64,000 bases of DNA from Malacoraja senta (Eukaryota). A program made the position numbers and the translations under genes. The DNA lies in NCBI GenBank assembly GCA_038087875.1, contig CM075993.1, forward strand, positions 2,296,001 to 2,360,000. Direction: 5' to 3'. Of this stretch, positions 1 through 13,440 are shown one piece after another; within the stretch, counting starts at the first letter, position 1; each line of letters begins with the position of its first letter. Below the pieces are notes generated by a model, which saw nothing but the letters and a program-made list of their open reading frames with translations, was not told where the DNA came from and ran no database searches.

Positions 1-1271
1 CTCCCTTCTTAATCAGGAACCTATCAATCTCTGCTTTAAAAATACCCAAGGACTTGGCCTCCACAGCCATCTATGGCAATGAATTACAGAGATTCAACAC
101 CCTTTAGCAAAAGAAATTCCTCCTCATCTCCATTCCAAAGGTTCGATCCTGATCTCGGGTGCTGTCTGTGTGGAGTTTGCATGTTCTCCCTGTACCTGCA
201 TGGGTTTGCTCCGGGTGCTCTGGCTTCTTCTCACATCTTCAAGATGTGTGTGTTTGTGGGCTAATTGGCCTCTGTAAATTGCCCTTGGGTGTGAAAGTGG
301 GATAACACAGAGCTAGTGGGAACTGGGGATCGATGGTCAATGTGGACTTGATAAGCAGAAGGGCCTGTTTCCATGCTGCATCTCTGAATCATTCAATTAA
401 TCTCACGCCAAAGGTCTTCAAGCAAAAAGACGCAAAGTGCTGGAATAACTCAGCAGGTCACACAGCATCTCTGGAGAACATGGATCGGTGACGTTTTTGG
501 GTTGGGACCCTTCTTACTGAGTTACTCAGACACTTTCTGGGTTTTTTTGTAAACTAGCATCAGCAGTCTCTTGTGTCTGAAGTTTTCCCATTGTTAGTTA
601 CAATGTCACACCTGACACAGACAACTCCCTAGATAGACACAGAGTCTGGAGTAACTCAGCGGGACAGGCAACATCTCTGGAGAGAAGGAATGGGTGACGT
701 TTCTGGTCAAGACCCAAAACGTCACCCATTCCCTCTATCCAGAGATGCTGCCTGTCCTGCTGAGTTACTACAGCATTTTGTATCTATCTTCGGTTTAAAC
801 CAGCATCTGCAGTTCCTTTCATTCATTGTTCTTTATCTCTCCACATCACCGTCTATATCTCTCATTTCCCTTATCCCTAACCAGTCTGAAGATGGGTCTC
901 GACCCAAAACATCACGCATTGCTTCACTCCAGAGATGCCGCCTGTCCCGCTGAGTTACTGTAGCATTTTGTGTCTATCTGCAGTTCCTTCCTGTTTTCAA
1001 GAGAGAGTTGGATTTAGCTCTTAGGGCGAAGGGAATCAAGGGATATGGGGATAAAGCCGGAATGGGGTACTGATTTTGGATGAACAGTCATGATCATATT
1101 GAATGGCGGTGCTGTTTCAAAGGGCTGAATGGCCTGCATCCTGCACCTATTTTCTATGTTTCTTTGTTCCTTCACAGACAACTCCACAGCCTCCTGAAAC
1201 AGCACTGATGACAAATGGTGAAACAGGATGAACTAACTACAATATTGAGCCGGTAAGGTTAATTTAATTAC

Positions 1272-1365
1272 CTGAGTAGTTGGGAGAACTCTTCCTTCGA
1301 CATGGATCCACTGCCATCAAGGTCGTACATTTTAAACATGAGCTTAGATTTGTCTTCTGGAGAAC
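1272..1365 (-). CDS. DUOX: DUOX coding exon 19 with EF-hand 2 ([12 protein letters not shown]); gene continues beyond left edge
   Basis: [17 protein letters not shown] motif; 94 nt; AG/GT. Confidence 0.97.
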
Positions 1366-2441
1366 CTGCGGAAGGAAATTGGGATAGTTTTCAATTAGTA
1401 TGTGTTGGAAATAGTAATCAGCTTGTACAACAGGAAGACAATCTACAGTGTAAGAAAGAACTGCAGATGCTGGTTTAAACCGAAGATGGACATGAAAAAG
1501 TTGGAGTAACTCAGCAAGAAGGGTCACGCCCCGAAACTTCACCCATTCCTTCTCTCCTGAGATGCTGCCTGTCCCGCGGAGTTACTCCAGCTTTTTGGGA
1601 CAATCTAGTGATGGCTTTACGCCTTGCTGGGTGATTGAAAGTGCTTGCTTGTTGGAACAACATGGAGGGAGAACTATATATTTGGCCACCCATGCCTGAA
1701 GATGAGTCGCGACCTGAAACGTCACCCACTCCTTCTCTCCAGAGATGCTGCCTGTCCCGCTGAGTTACTCCAGCACGTTGGGTCTATCTTTGGTGTAAAC
1801 CAGCATCTGCAGTTCCTTCTTACACAAAGATTCTCACCAGCCATTTGGCAGTACTAAAGTAGCTTTTCTCACATGAACATACATTTGTTTGTTTAGTAAG
1901 GTTTGGTATTTGATTATTTGATTAGTAAGGGTCTCGGGTTATGGGGAGAAGGTAGGGGAATGGGGTTGAGAGGGAGAGATAGATCAGCCATGATTGGATG
2001 GTGGAATAGACCTGATGGGCTGAATGGCCTAATTCTGCTCCTATCACTTATGACCTTCGATACTCAGTTCCATGTTTCCACTATAACTGTGGATGGTTAA
2101 TGTAATTGACAAGCGACCATTGCGATTGGCACTTTTGCGATAAGATTCTATTAAACAATGCAACATACAGCCTTTAGTAAAGTTATTGATGTTAAAAAGG
2201 ACACAATAGGCCATTGTTAGGTGTGGGAGTGGTGATAACAGGTATATCAGTCTGAAGAAGGGTCTCGACCCGAAACGTCACCTATTCCTTCGCTCCATAG
2301 ATGCTGCCTGTCCCGCTGAGTTTCTCCAGCATTTTTGTCTACCTCGCCATGATTGAATGGTGGAGTACATTTGATGGGCCGAATGGCCTAATTCTGCTCC
2401 TATCACTTATGATCTTATGATTTTCCCAAGTTCAGGGTTAC

Positions 2442-2667
2442 CTTTCATCAGGATAACAAAGATATCCAGGAACTCGCGGAAGGACAGGTAGCCATTTCCA
2501 TCTTTGTCGGCCAGTAAAAACATCTGCTCTACGAACATGGAGTCTTCCTTCACTCCCAGTGCGTCCGCAAACTCCGCACTCGTTAGTTCACAGGTCAGAG
2601 ACTCTTTTGCTTTCTTTGTGGTTTCATTGTCAAAGTTCCTAACATCAGTCCCCTCAATCTCCAGAAC
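2442..2667 (-). CDS. DUOX: DUOX coding exon 18 with EF-hand 1 ([12 protein letters not shown])
   Basis: [12 protein letters not shown] and [17 protein letters not shown] motifs; 226 nt; AG/GT. Confidence 0.98.
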
Positions 2668-3553
2668 CTAGTAGTGGCAGAGAATGCAGAGGTAGATAAT
2701 ATTATTCAAGCAAAGAGTAGGGTTGGTGTTGCCATTGTCTGAGGGACTGAAGTCTACCTCACTGAGGTTGAACCACAGCTGTCACCTCCTTTATCCCCTT
2801 CTAGATTATGACCCCACCAGCTCCCCCAGTCACCAGGTGGCGCAGCAGTAGAGTTGCTGCTTTGCAGCGTCAGAGACCCGGGTTCAATCCTGACCACTGG
2901 TTCTGTCTGTACGGAGTTTGTGGGATCTCCCTGTGACCACTTGGCTTTTCTCTGGGATCTCCAGTTTCCCCCCCACATTCCCCAGTGTGTTGGATTGAAC
3001 TTGTGTACGGGGTGATTGCTCGATGGCATGGACTCGGTGGGTCGAAGGACCGGTCTTCATGCTGTATCTCTGAACTAAACTAAACTAAACTTTCTGTTTT
3101 CACAATAAGCTGCATGATCAATAGGTTGCCCAGGAATCCTCTGGCAGCTACGTTCAGATGTTGGTGTAATAAGGACGTTACAGATGGAAACGTCAAAATG
3201 ATATAATTAAATGATATTATTACTGTATATATTTAATAGAGTTGCTGCCTTACAGCACTTGCAGTGCCAAAGGCCCGGGTTCGATCCCGGGTCTATACGG
3301 AGTTTGTACGTTCTCCCCGTGACCGCATGGGTTTTCTCCGGGTGCTCCGGTTTCCTCCCACATTCCAAGAACGTACAGGTTTTGTAGGTTAGTTTGTATA
3401 CTTGGTATAAGTATAAATTGTCCCTAGTGCGTGTAGGCTTGTGTTAGTGTGCGGAGATCGCTGGTCGGCGCGGTCTCGGTGGGCCGGAGGGCCTGTTTCC
3501 GCGCTGTATCTCTAAACTAAGCTAAACTAAATACAAACTAATTGTTTTAATAC

Positions 3554-3739
3554 CTGTGCAAACACACGACGGAAAAATGTATCTAAGATCTTAATTCGAT
3601 GCTGTTTTGTTACAGCTTCCTTCAACAGCGTTCTTTCTTTCACTTCATGCACCAGCAGACGTATACTATGTTGTTCCAGGTAAATTTTAAAACTTTCCAC
3701 AAATAGGTCGCGGTCCTCTTCGTCATTGAACATCAGCAC
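3554..3739 (-). CDS. DUOX: DUOX coding exon 17: VLMFNDEEDRDLFV...EAVTKQHRIKILDTFFRRVFAQ
   Basis: AVTK..R..IL..FFR..FAQ motif; 186 nt; AG/GT. Confidence 0.97.
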
Positions 3740-4342
3740 CTGAGGACCAAAGGCAAATGATGATTACAAATGTCACTTTCAAAACAATTGGAGAAATGCT
3801 CTTTTTTTTTGTTGCAGTTGATAATAAGTTTATATCTGTCAAGGAAGGAACTGCAGGTGCTGGTTTACACTGACGATAGACACAAAATGCTGGAGTAACA
3901 GAGATGCTGCCTGTCCCGCTGAGTTACTCCAGCGTTTTGTGTCTATCTTTTTGCGTTATATCTGTCAAATTGGTATTATAAAAATGCACATGATGATAGG
4001 TTGACATGTTGAAATAATGAACGTTTGGAGGAGCGATGGGATTGAGCATGTACTAAAGTTTTGATTGCCACAGTGGCTCAGCTGGTAGAGCTGTTGTCAC
4101 ACAGCTCCAGACACCCAGGTTCAATTAGGACCTCGGGTGCTGTCTATGTGGAGTTTGCACTGTGATCACGTGGGTTTCCTCCAGGTGCTCTGGTTTCCTC
4201 CCACATCCCAAAAGGCGATTGGAAACAAGCCCTTTGGTCCCCTCCTGGTTTATAATCATTGCCCCTACTTTAGATCAACTGGTAAGGAAAGCCCTTAAGA
4301 ATTGTGTAAAAAGAAGATGCACAGAAGCCAATTTCTTCTCAC

Positions 4343-4545
4343 CAGATCATATTCCTTGGGGATCTTCAACAGCAACGCTCTTTGTTCCTTGTTGGTGGAT
4401 TGAATGATATCCAAATGGGTCTGCATTCCAAGCTTGATGTTTCGGAGTATTGAGCGTTTATTGTCCTTGACTTTAATGCACTTATTGGTTTCAAGGGAAA
4501 TGTTGACCCGACGCAGAGCGTCCTTGGGACCTTGCCATTCACTGA
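4343..4545 (-). CDS. DUOX: DUOX coding exon 16: SEWQGPKD...LLLKIPKEYDL
   Basis: EW.GPK and LLLKIPKEYDL motifs; 203 nt; AG/GT. Confidence 0.97.
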
Positions 4546-5622
4546 CTAAATGGAATGCAAGAATATTCGTTACATATAACAAACATCTAGTTTAGTTTAG
4601 TTTAGAGATACAGCGCGGAAACAGGCCCTTCCGCCCACCGAGTCCACGCCGACCAGCGATCCCCGCACACTAACACTATCCAACACACGCTCGGGACAAT
4701 TTTTACATTTACCAGGCCAATTAACCTACAAACCTGTACGTCTTTGGAGATCAATCATTCATTATAGATAATAATAAAACATGCTTTCTCAAATATTTCA
4801 AATCTTACAGCCATCCCTACAAAATCAAATGTGGAATCACAAAAATATGTAAAAGTTTCCTATTCATTCATTTCGACGATTTTTAATTTTATTTTAATTA
4901 CTCGTAACTATCACTTTAATTAACGAGGGATTTGGGCTCATAGGTTGAAGGCCACAAAGTTGCAATTTTAAACTGGCTGCTGTGTTACAGGGGCATCTCT
5001 TTTGAATGGAGTAAAATGATTTATTAATTATTAATTAAATACTATTATTTGTAACCGTCTCAGTTGCAACTCTCTGATTCAAAACATTTTATTTTACTTT
5101 AGACTTTAGAGATACAGCACGAAAACATGCCCTTCGGCCCACTGAGTCCACGCCGACCACTCATACATTAGCACTATCATACACACCAGGGACAATATAT
5201 AGGCCCTTGTGGCTAAAGGGATCAGAGGGTATGGAGAGAAGGCAGGTACGGGATACTGAGTTGGATGATCAGCCATGATCATATTGAATGGCGGTGCAGG
5301 CTCGAAGGGCCGAATGGCCTACTCCTGCACCTAATTTCTATGTTTCTATGTTTCTATGTTTCTAATAGTTACCAAAGTACGTCTTTGTGATGTGGGAGGA
5401 AACCGGAGCACCTGGGGAAAACCCACGTGGTCACAGGGAGAACGTGCAAACTCCGGTACAGACAGCACCCGTAGTCAGGATCGAACCAGGGTCTCGGGCG
5501 CTGTAAGGCAGCAACTCTACCGCTGCACCACTGTGCCTGACCTGTGAAGTTACTCCAGCACTTTGTGTCCATTTATGTAATAGGACGCAATCTAAAATAG
5601 AGATTTTCTCACATAGCATCAC

Positions 5623-5736
5623 CTTGGATTTTGTCTCCTACTGAAATTTGTTTCTTCACAGAAGCTTTCTTGTGCTGCATTCTTCTCCTTTCTTTCTTTC
5701 GAGAAAGACTTATAGTGAAAGCCACAAGTAAAGCCG
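5623..5736 (-). CDS. DUOX: DUOX coding exon 15: ALLVAFTISLSRKKERRRMQHKK...DKIQ
   Basis: End of TM1 plus basic stop-transfer segment; 114 nt, phase 1-1; weaker donor G|GTGATG. Confidence 0.88.
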
Positions 5737-6292
5737 CTGTAAAATATGTAAAAAGACTCCATTACTTACAAAGTCATAAACAAAGTTCAAACGTAAAGTT
5801 CTTCTCAACTTCAAAGCCATCTGAACCACGTGAATTTTCTCTCCGACCTCTTTCGACTTTAGACTTGAGAGATACATTGCGGAAGCAGGCCCTTCAGCCT
5901 ACCGAGCCCGCGCCAACCAGCGATCACCCCATACGCTAGCCTACACACACTCTAGGGACAATTTTTACAACTTACCAAAGCCAAATTAACCCGCAAACCT
6001 CTCTTGGTGACTCAACAAGTTCCAAGTGTAGACACAAGGAACTGCAGATGCTGGTTTACAAAAAAAGACAGAAGGTATCAAAGTAACTCAGCAGATCAGG
6101 CATCTCTGGAGAATATGGAAGAATGGCATTTGGGGTCTCGACCTGAAACACCATCTATCCATGTTCTCCAGAGATGCTGCCTGACCAGCTTGATTTATTT
6201 TACAACACTGCTTTAATCAGCGTGTGCTATCTACGCAGTGAAGCCCCTTTTATTTGTTGCTTCTTTATAATGATAAAATAGAATCTACAAAC

Positions 6293-6430
6293 CTAGAGGG
6301 AAACTGCAGAGGGCCACAATGAGTATTCCAAAACCCGCTCCACTGCCCTGAAAATAGTGCAGTGTGCTGAACTCAACACATGGCTCCATATCCGCAGCAG
6401 TCAGCTGTGCCGGCTGGCTACAGGGGTCAC
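6293..6430 (-). CDS. DUOX: DUOX coding exon 14: DPCSQPAQLTAADMEPC...YFQGSGAGFGILIVALCSFPL (TM1)
   Basis: DPC.QP.QL motif followed by a hydrophobic helix; 138 nt; AG/GT. Confidence 0.96.
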
Positions 6431-7109
6431 CTGTGAGCATACAAAACATCGAAATTAGTGGGATAATATTGACCAGGCATCTCTTAAGCTGTAGTAAAAG
6501 AGGAACTGCAGATGCTGGTTTACAAAGAAAGACACAAAGTGCTGGACTATCTCAAGGGGTCGGCCAGCATCTCTGGAGAGGTGACGTTTCGGGTCGGGAC
6601 CTTTTATCATCTCCTCACCTGTATCAACCTATTACCCGCCAAGCTTTGTCCTTCCCCTCCTCTCTTCCAGCTTTCTGCACCCCCCCCCCCTCACCATCAG
6701 TCTAAAGATGGTCCTGACCCAAAAAGTCACTGATCCATGTTTTTCAGAGATGCTGCCTGACCCACTGAGTTGGATTGAATTAAATACTTTATTGGCCCAT
6801 GTGACAAGTCGCCCATAAAGGGGGCTTACAAAGTATCCCGCGCCAGGACCCCCTTAGTCCTCCCCCTCCTCATGGCGGTCCCTGCATGCCAGGTCCTCCT
6901 TCATTCCTTCCCTGAGCACTTTGTATCTTTTCTGAAGCTTCATCATTGCATTCTTTCAATTCATGTTAATATGTCAAATGTGCTTCCACAAATGCGGTCG
7001 TCAAAACATCAAAGTAAAACTATATGGAATAATTGGAAACAGTTTCAATAATTCAAACATATGCTTCAATTCTGGCTTTTTCTCCTTCAAAGATGTATCT
7101 TATCAGTGG

Positions 7110-7305
7110 AAGACACACAAATGCTGGAGTAACTCAGCGGGACAAGCAGCATCTCTGGAGCCAAGGAATGGGTGCAGTTTCGGGTCGAGAACCTTCTTCA
7201 CCCATTCCTTCTCTCAGATACAGAGATGCTGCCTGTCCCGCTGAGTTACTCCAGTATTTTGTGTCTACCTTCGATTTAAACCAGCATCTGCGGTTCTTTC
7301 CTACA
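7110..7305. mobile_element. Fold-back Penelope-derived mini-element (representative of dozens of copies)
   Basis: Inverted arms of the GATGCTGCCTGTCCCGCTGAGTTACTCCAG repeat; 14-bp TSD at 7096-7109 and 7306-7319. Confidence 0.8.
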
Positions 7306-7926
7306 TATCTTATCAGTGGCGTCTCTGTCTTTAGCTGCCTAGATCCTGGGCTCTGGAATTCCTTGCTACATCCACTCTATCCAAGTCTTTCACTGTACGG
7401 TAAGTTTCAATGAGGTCCCCCTCTCAAACTTCTAAACTCCAGCCAGTACAGGCCCAGTGGAGTGTGGAAACAGGCCCTTCGGCCCAACTTGCCCACACAC
7501 GCCAACAATGTACCAGCTACACTAGTACCACTTGCCTGTACCTAGTACCTAGTACAGTAGTACCACTAGTACCACTAACTGTCCATTTAACGATGGGATA
7601 GTCCCTGCCTCATCTACCTCCCCTGGCAGCTTGTTCCATACACACGCCCTTTGTGTGAAAAAGTTACCCCTCGGATTCCTAGTAAATCTTTTCCCCTTCA
7701 CCTTGAACTTATGTCCTCTGGTCCTCGATCCCCCTACTCTGGGCATCTACCCGATCTATTCCTCTCATGCTTTTGTACACCTCTATAAGATGCCCACTCA
7801 TTCCTGGAATCATTCTTGTAAACCTCCTCTGGATCCTCTCCAGAGCCAGCACATCCTTCCTCAGGTATGGTGCCCAACCAGTACTCATTTACATACGACC
7901 CAGGTTTGGTCAGTTTGCCTTCTTAC

Positions 7927-8045
7927 CTTCTCTCAAGTAGAATACTTCATTCTGAATGTCCCCTGACTCTGCAGTTGTTGTTGCCAGTACAACGTCTCGA
8001 AACGTTGTTGCCCGAATGATACTAAGCTCTGCCTGGGTAAAAAGT
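7927..8045 (-). CDS. DUOX: DUOX coding exon 13: LFTQAELSIIRATTFRDVVLATT...IQNEVFYLRE
   Basis: End of peroxidase-homology domain; 119 nt; AG/GT. Confidence 0.96.
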
Positions 8046-8712
8046 CTGTAAGGAACAGAATTTGTCAGAATGCCATGATTTTTTCCAATCAAAAGTCTTT
8101 AGTTGATTTTTCTCATTTACAATATTTCGTTCTAAAGAATTCTTAAATCTCACTGTCATTTCATCTGTGGCATTTTAAATCTGTAGCATCACTTAAGTTA
8201 ATCCAGAAATTAAAGCAGTATTTGCCAGGATGGTGTACCAGTAAGAAAACTATCAAAGTGCCCATCGGTTGGCACAGTGGTGTTGCCTCACAGCGCCAGA
8301 GACCCGGGTTCGATCCTGGCTACGGGTGCCACCAGCGTGGAGTTTGCATGTTCTCCCCGTGACCCCAAGGGTTTTCTCCGGGTGCTCCGGTTTCCTCCCA
8401 CATCCCAAGGACGTGCGGGTTTGTAGGTTAATTGGCACTCTGTATATTGTCCCTAGTGTGCAGGGAGTAGATGAGAAAGTGGGATGACGTAAATCTAGGG
8501 TGATCCATGGTCGGCGTGGACTCTGTGGGCCGATGGGCCTGTTTCCACGCTCTATCTCAAACTAATCTAAACTCCTTATGGATAAAATCGGATATTATTC
8601 ATTTATTCTGTTCCTACATGTCGAGTATTGTAAACCACACCTTTTTCAAGCATTTATCAATCCATCTGCCAAATATGGAAACAATGGCTAGAGAGTGATG
8701 AACTTAACTCAC

Positions 8713-8888
8713 CCATTCTTGGTATTTTCGAACCAGAATCGATCCCCATCCCGTAAGTGCTCAAATTGTTTTCTGATGATGTTGGGAAAGAGACGTGAAG
8801 TGCTCTCGCTGTTTTCCAGCATGCCGCCAACAAACAGCTCCAGTTTGGATATGTCGTCGTCGTACAGCTCTGCTAGTTGGCTTATGAG
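8713..8888 (-). CDS. DUOX: DUOX coding exon 12: LISQLAELYDDDISKLELFVGGMLE...LRDGDRFWFENTKN
   Basis: LRDGDRFWFEN motif; 176 nt; AG/GT. Confidence 0.97.
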
Positions 8889-9740
8889 CTGGTGAACAGG
8901 AGAGAAAGGACATCTCTCAGCATGGCCTCATAGAAACATAGACAATAGGTGCAGGAGGAGGACATTCGGCCCTTCGAGCCAGCACCGCCATTCATTGTGA
9001 TCATTCAGAACATTTTGAAAAATGAGTGGATGAGAAATTGGAATACGATACGATACGATAAAACGTTATTGATCCCAGGAGGGAAATTGATCTGCCAACA
9101 ATCATGAAAAAACACAAAATACATGAAACATTAAATTAAAGTGAGGAGTGGAAAGGATTGGGGATGTGCAAAGATTGGAGGAGTGGGGAGGAGTCAGTCT
9201 CAGTCTACCCCACGACTGAAGGGGGATAGAACGGGTGATCGAAGGATGCCACGGACTTGGTGGGCCGATGGGCCTGTTTCCATTAAGATAGACACAAAAA
9301 GCAGGAGTGACTCAGGGGATCAGGCAGCATCTCTGAAGAAAGGGAATAGGTGACGTTTCGGGTCGAGACCCTTCTTCAGACTGAGATGTTGTCTGTCCCG
9401 CTGAGTTACTCCAGCATTTTGTGTCTATCTTCAGTGTAATGCAGCATCTGCAGTTCCTCCCTACACACCGAGGCCTGTTTCTATGTTGTATCTCTGAACT
9501 GAAACTAAACTTAACATGTTACTCGCTCAGAATCTAAAATACGAAAGAAACTCCACCCTGCATTGTGCAAGAGAAGCAAGAAAATAATGAGTTTATAATT
9601 TTTCAGTTGGCAAAATCCATTTAACTATTTTTATGTTAAAAGATAAATAACGCATGGGTATATATTTCGTTTAAGAAGGAACTGCAGATGCTGGAAAATC
9701 GAAGGTAGACAAAAATGCTGGAGAAACTCAGCAGGTGAGG

Positions 9741-10032
9741 CAGCATCTATGGAGCGAAGGAATAGGTGACGTTTCGGGTCGAAACTAGGAAGCATCTATG
9801 GAGTGAAGGAATAGGTGACGTTTCGGGTCGAGACCAGGAACCATCTATGGAGTGAAGGAATAGGTGACGATTCAGGTCGAGGCCAGGAAGCATCTATGGA
9901 GTGAAGGAATAGGTGACGTTTCGGGTCGAGGCCAGGAAGCATCTATGGAGTGAAGGAATAGGTGACGTTTCGGGTCGAGACCAGGAAGCATCTATGGAGT
10001 GAAGGAATAGGTGACGTTTCGGGTCGAGACCC
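9741..10032. repeat. Six tandem 49-bp units inside a Penelope mini-element
   Basis: Unit AGCATCTATGGAGTGAAGGAATAGGTGACGTTTCGGGTCGAGACCAGGA. Confidence 0.9.
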
Positions 10033-10325
10033 TTCCGGGTCTCGACCCGAAACGTCACCTATTCCTTCGCTCCATAGATGCTGCCTCACCCGCTGAGTTT
10101 CTCCAGCATTTTTGTCTCATTTTTGTCGAATGAGAATTATATTCTTAAACACACATATAGGGTGATTTTTTTGGACGCGATTGTAATGACGTTTTCCTTT
10201 CTGCTGACTGGTTAGCACACAACAAAAGCATTTCACTGTACCTTGGTACACGTGACAATAAACTAAACTAATTTTTTTCCTTAATTTTGTTTTCGAGATG
10301 GGAGCAAGTAATTCTGGTTTCTGAC

Positions 10326-10498
10326 CTCTGGATTTGTCCTGTTGAGGTCAGGGTTAATAAGAGTCCAGTTTGTGATGGGTTGAAGATCTAGAGCCTCTCG
10401 TGCCTGGTTGTAACTTGGAAGACCATTGTCTCGACTCCTCTGGATGTCAAGGGCCACCACATCTGATCTTGTAAATCTCATAGGTCCGTACATAAAAT
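10326..10498 (-). CDS. DUOX: DUOX coding exon 11: FMYGPMRFTRSDVVALDIQRSRDNGLPSY...NRTNPE
   Basis: IQR.RD.GLPSY motif; 173 nt; AG/GT. Confidence 0.97.
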
Positions 10499-12870
10499 CT
10501 GTAATAGGCAAACGGTATAATCAATAACACACTGTAGCCTGAAGAAGGGTCTCGACCCGAAACGTCACCCATTCCTTCGCTCCAGAGATGCTGCCTGTCC
10601 CACTGATTTACTCCAGCGTTTTGTGTCTATCTTCGATTTAAACCGGAATCTGCAGTTCTTTCCAACACACTATGGTACTCAAGTCAAGCAACTACTCCAG
10701 AAAACCAATAGGTATACTACCCATAGCAAAGCTGCACTGTCGGAACGGAAAATGCTGGGCTCGTCATTAATCAGCATCAAAGCACCAATGTTACATGAGT
10801 GGAGCAGAGAATCCCTTTTTCAAGGACTCATTGCTGAGAAATTCCATAGCATAAAATATACAAGTGTGTGAAGAATCCTCCAGGTATCTGTCGCTTAATA
10901 TTGGACTTCACTGCACCTTAAAGCAGATAAAATGGAAGGAAAATCTTGGGCGAATAAACGCAGGATCTTGTAAACAGGATTTTCCAGTTAAGTTATATTG
11001 GTGACATGAATAATAGGCTGTGCAATAACATTGCTTGGCCATTAACATTATACATTATAGGTTGGTGCAAACTCCAATTAAATTAATACAGAGCAGGTAA
11101 GTTTATTAGCAAGATAGACACAAAATGCTGGAGTAACTGAGCGGGACAGGCAGCATCTCTGGGGAGAAGGAATGGGTGACGTTTCGGGTCGAGACCCTTC
11201 TTCAGACTGAGAGTCAGGGGAGAGGGAGGCACAGAGATAAGGAAGGGTATGGTGTGAAAACGAGACATCAAAAAGATGCAGGTCAAGGAAAATGTAGAAT
11301 AGATCATGTAATCGGGGAAGGTCAGACTGGTCGGAGAACAAGGAAGGACATCACTGCACAAAGTGTTAAAGCAGAAGAAATGGAAGGAAAATCATGGACA
11401 AATAAACGCAGGATCTTGTAAGCAGGATTTTCCAGTTAAGTTATATTGGTGACATGAATAATAGGCTGGCAATTGCATTCCTTAGCCATTAACATTATAT
11501 ACTTATGGTTGGTGCAAACCAACTAAACTAATATAAAACGGGTAAGTTTCTAAGCATATGAACTGATGAAGGATAGAAGAGGGAAGAAAAGCCTTGGGGA
11601 AGAACATTTTACTTACAATAAAATCAGTTCAACCTCTGATGTTTGTGGCAAAATGATCACACACTAGGCACAAATCGCAGAAACCAATTTCACTGCTGGT
11701 TGCAATAATGTCGTGCTTTGGTTTAAATAATTCAATATAAACAATTTAAAACAATCTTTTCAACAATTCCTTCTCATTGCCGCCAAACCATACTGTCTGT
11801 ACTGTGTTAAAGAAGGAACTGCAGATGCTGGAAAATCGAAGGTACACAAAAATGCTGGAGAAACTCAGCGGGTGCAGCAGCATCTATGGAGCGAAGGAAA
11901 TAGGTAACGTTTCGGGCCGAAACCTTTCTTGTCTGTACTGTTATGTTTTAACATTCTCATCCATTAATGACACACCTTTTAATAAAATTGCCTTATTCAA
12001 TCTCTACTTTTTTTAAATAATGTTTGTCATACTGATCGCCCTGACACTGAAACTAGTTTCCCATTATTCACCTCATTGGGATCAATATTTTGTATATTTA
12101 TATTTTATATTTACATTTATATTTTCAACACAGAAAAAAAAATTAAACGGGAAACAGAAAAATTATTGTGTAGTGCTCGATTTTGAATTTATCACTTTGC
12201 CTCCAGATAGTTGCCTCATAAATTCTAGGAGCAGAAATAGGACATTTGGCCCATCAAGTCTACTCTGCAATGCAATCAAGGCTGATCTACCTTTCCCTCT
12301 CAGCTCCATTCTCCTGCCTTCTCCCCATAACCCCTGACACCCGTACTAATCAAGATGCAGTAAAGATCAAATAGCCCTTGCTTTCCCTTTCGCTCCATCC
12401 CCTCCCCTTCCCAGTTCTCCCACCAGTCTTAATGTCTCCGACTACATTCTATCTCTGTCACCCATTCCTTCTCTCCAGAGATGCTGCCTGTCCCGCTGAG
12501 TTACTCCAGCATTTTGTGTCTACCTTCGATTTAAACCAGCATCTGCAGTTATTTCGTACCCATGTAGTAAAGATTTGCCTGTTTAAATAACTATGCTAAT
12601 AAACAGGACGAAAGTTGAATTCACTTCTCAAGCACATCAATTCTCTCTGATGTACCTGGATGGAGGGAAGCATATAAAACATAGGTTTGGAGGGATATGG
12701 ACCAAGCGCAGGCAGGTGGGACTAGTGTAGCTGGGACATGTTGGCTGGTGTGGGCAAGTTGTGCCAGTTTCCACACTGTATCACTCTATGACTATGACTC
12801 TATGTACCTGAATAATGTTTTTTGCATTGGTGATTGGGGCACAGATAAAGTAACATCAGTAGTGTTTTAC

Positions 12871-12973
12871 CTCTTAGATCTGTCACCACGATATTGTCCT
12901 CATGCTCTGCTTTTTGGGAAGCCATTCCTAGAATCAGATCATCAATGTCTTCTGCACTCTTCAAATTTCGATT
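12871..12973 (-). CDS. DUOX: DUOX coding exon 10: NRNLKSAEDIDDLILGMASQKAEHEDNIVVTDLR
   Basis: LGMASQ...EDNIVV.DLR motif; 103 nt; AG/GT. Confidence 0.97.
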
Positions 12974-13140
12974 CTAAAACCACAAAATCAATAAGAAATA
13001 AAGTAAATGACCATCAATTAACCAACAAAAATTAACATCTAATGATTAATAAACCATTGAAGGAATTTATATGTATTTTCACTTGGACATTACTAAAAAG
13101 TGTAATGCATTTTACATTCACAGCTATACTCATCTGATTT

Positions 13141-13440
13141 TTGTTTAGTTTAGAGATACAGTGCGTAAACAGGCCCTTCGGCCCAGCGAGTCTGCACCGG
13201 CCAGCGATCCCCGCACACTAACACTATCCTACACACACTAGGGACAATTTACATTTATACCAAGCCAATTAGCCGACAAGCCTGTACGTCTTTGGAGTGT
13301 GGGAGGAAACCGGAGCACCCAGAGAAAACCCACGCAGGTCACGGGGAGAATGTCGAGACAAGCACCCGTAGTCAGGATTGAACCCGGGTCTCTGACGCTG
13401 TAATGCAGCAACTCTACCGCTGCACCACCGTGCTGCTGCC
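13141..13440 (-). mobile_element. tRNA-derived V-SINE (HE1-like); other copies at ~2833-3090, 3237-3530, 8267-8572, 17738-18045, 18818-19131, 24682-24985, 50860-51145
   Basis: A/B-box head (GGTGGTGCAGCGGTAG...GGGTTCAATCC), V-domain (GGGTTTTCTCTGGGTGCTCCGGTTTCCTCCCACA), CR1-like tail, (TAAAC)n end. Confidence 0.88.

Noticed and set aside
13370..13440. tRNA-like heads as tRNA genes
   Set aside because: Each continues into V-SINE body and tail.
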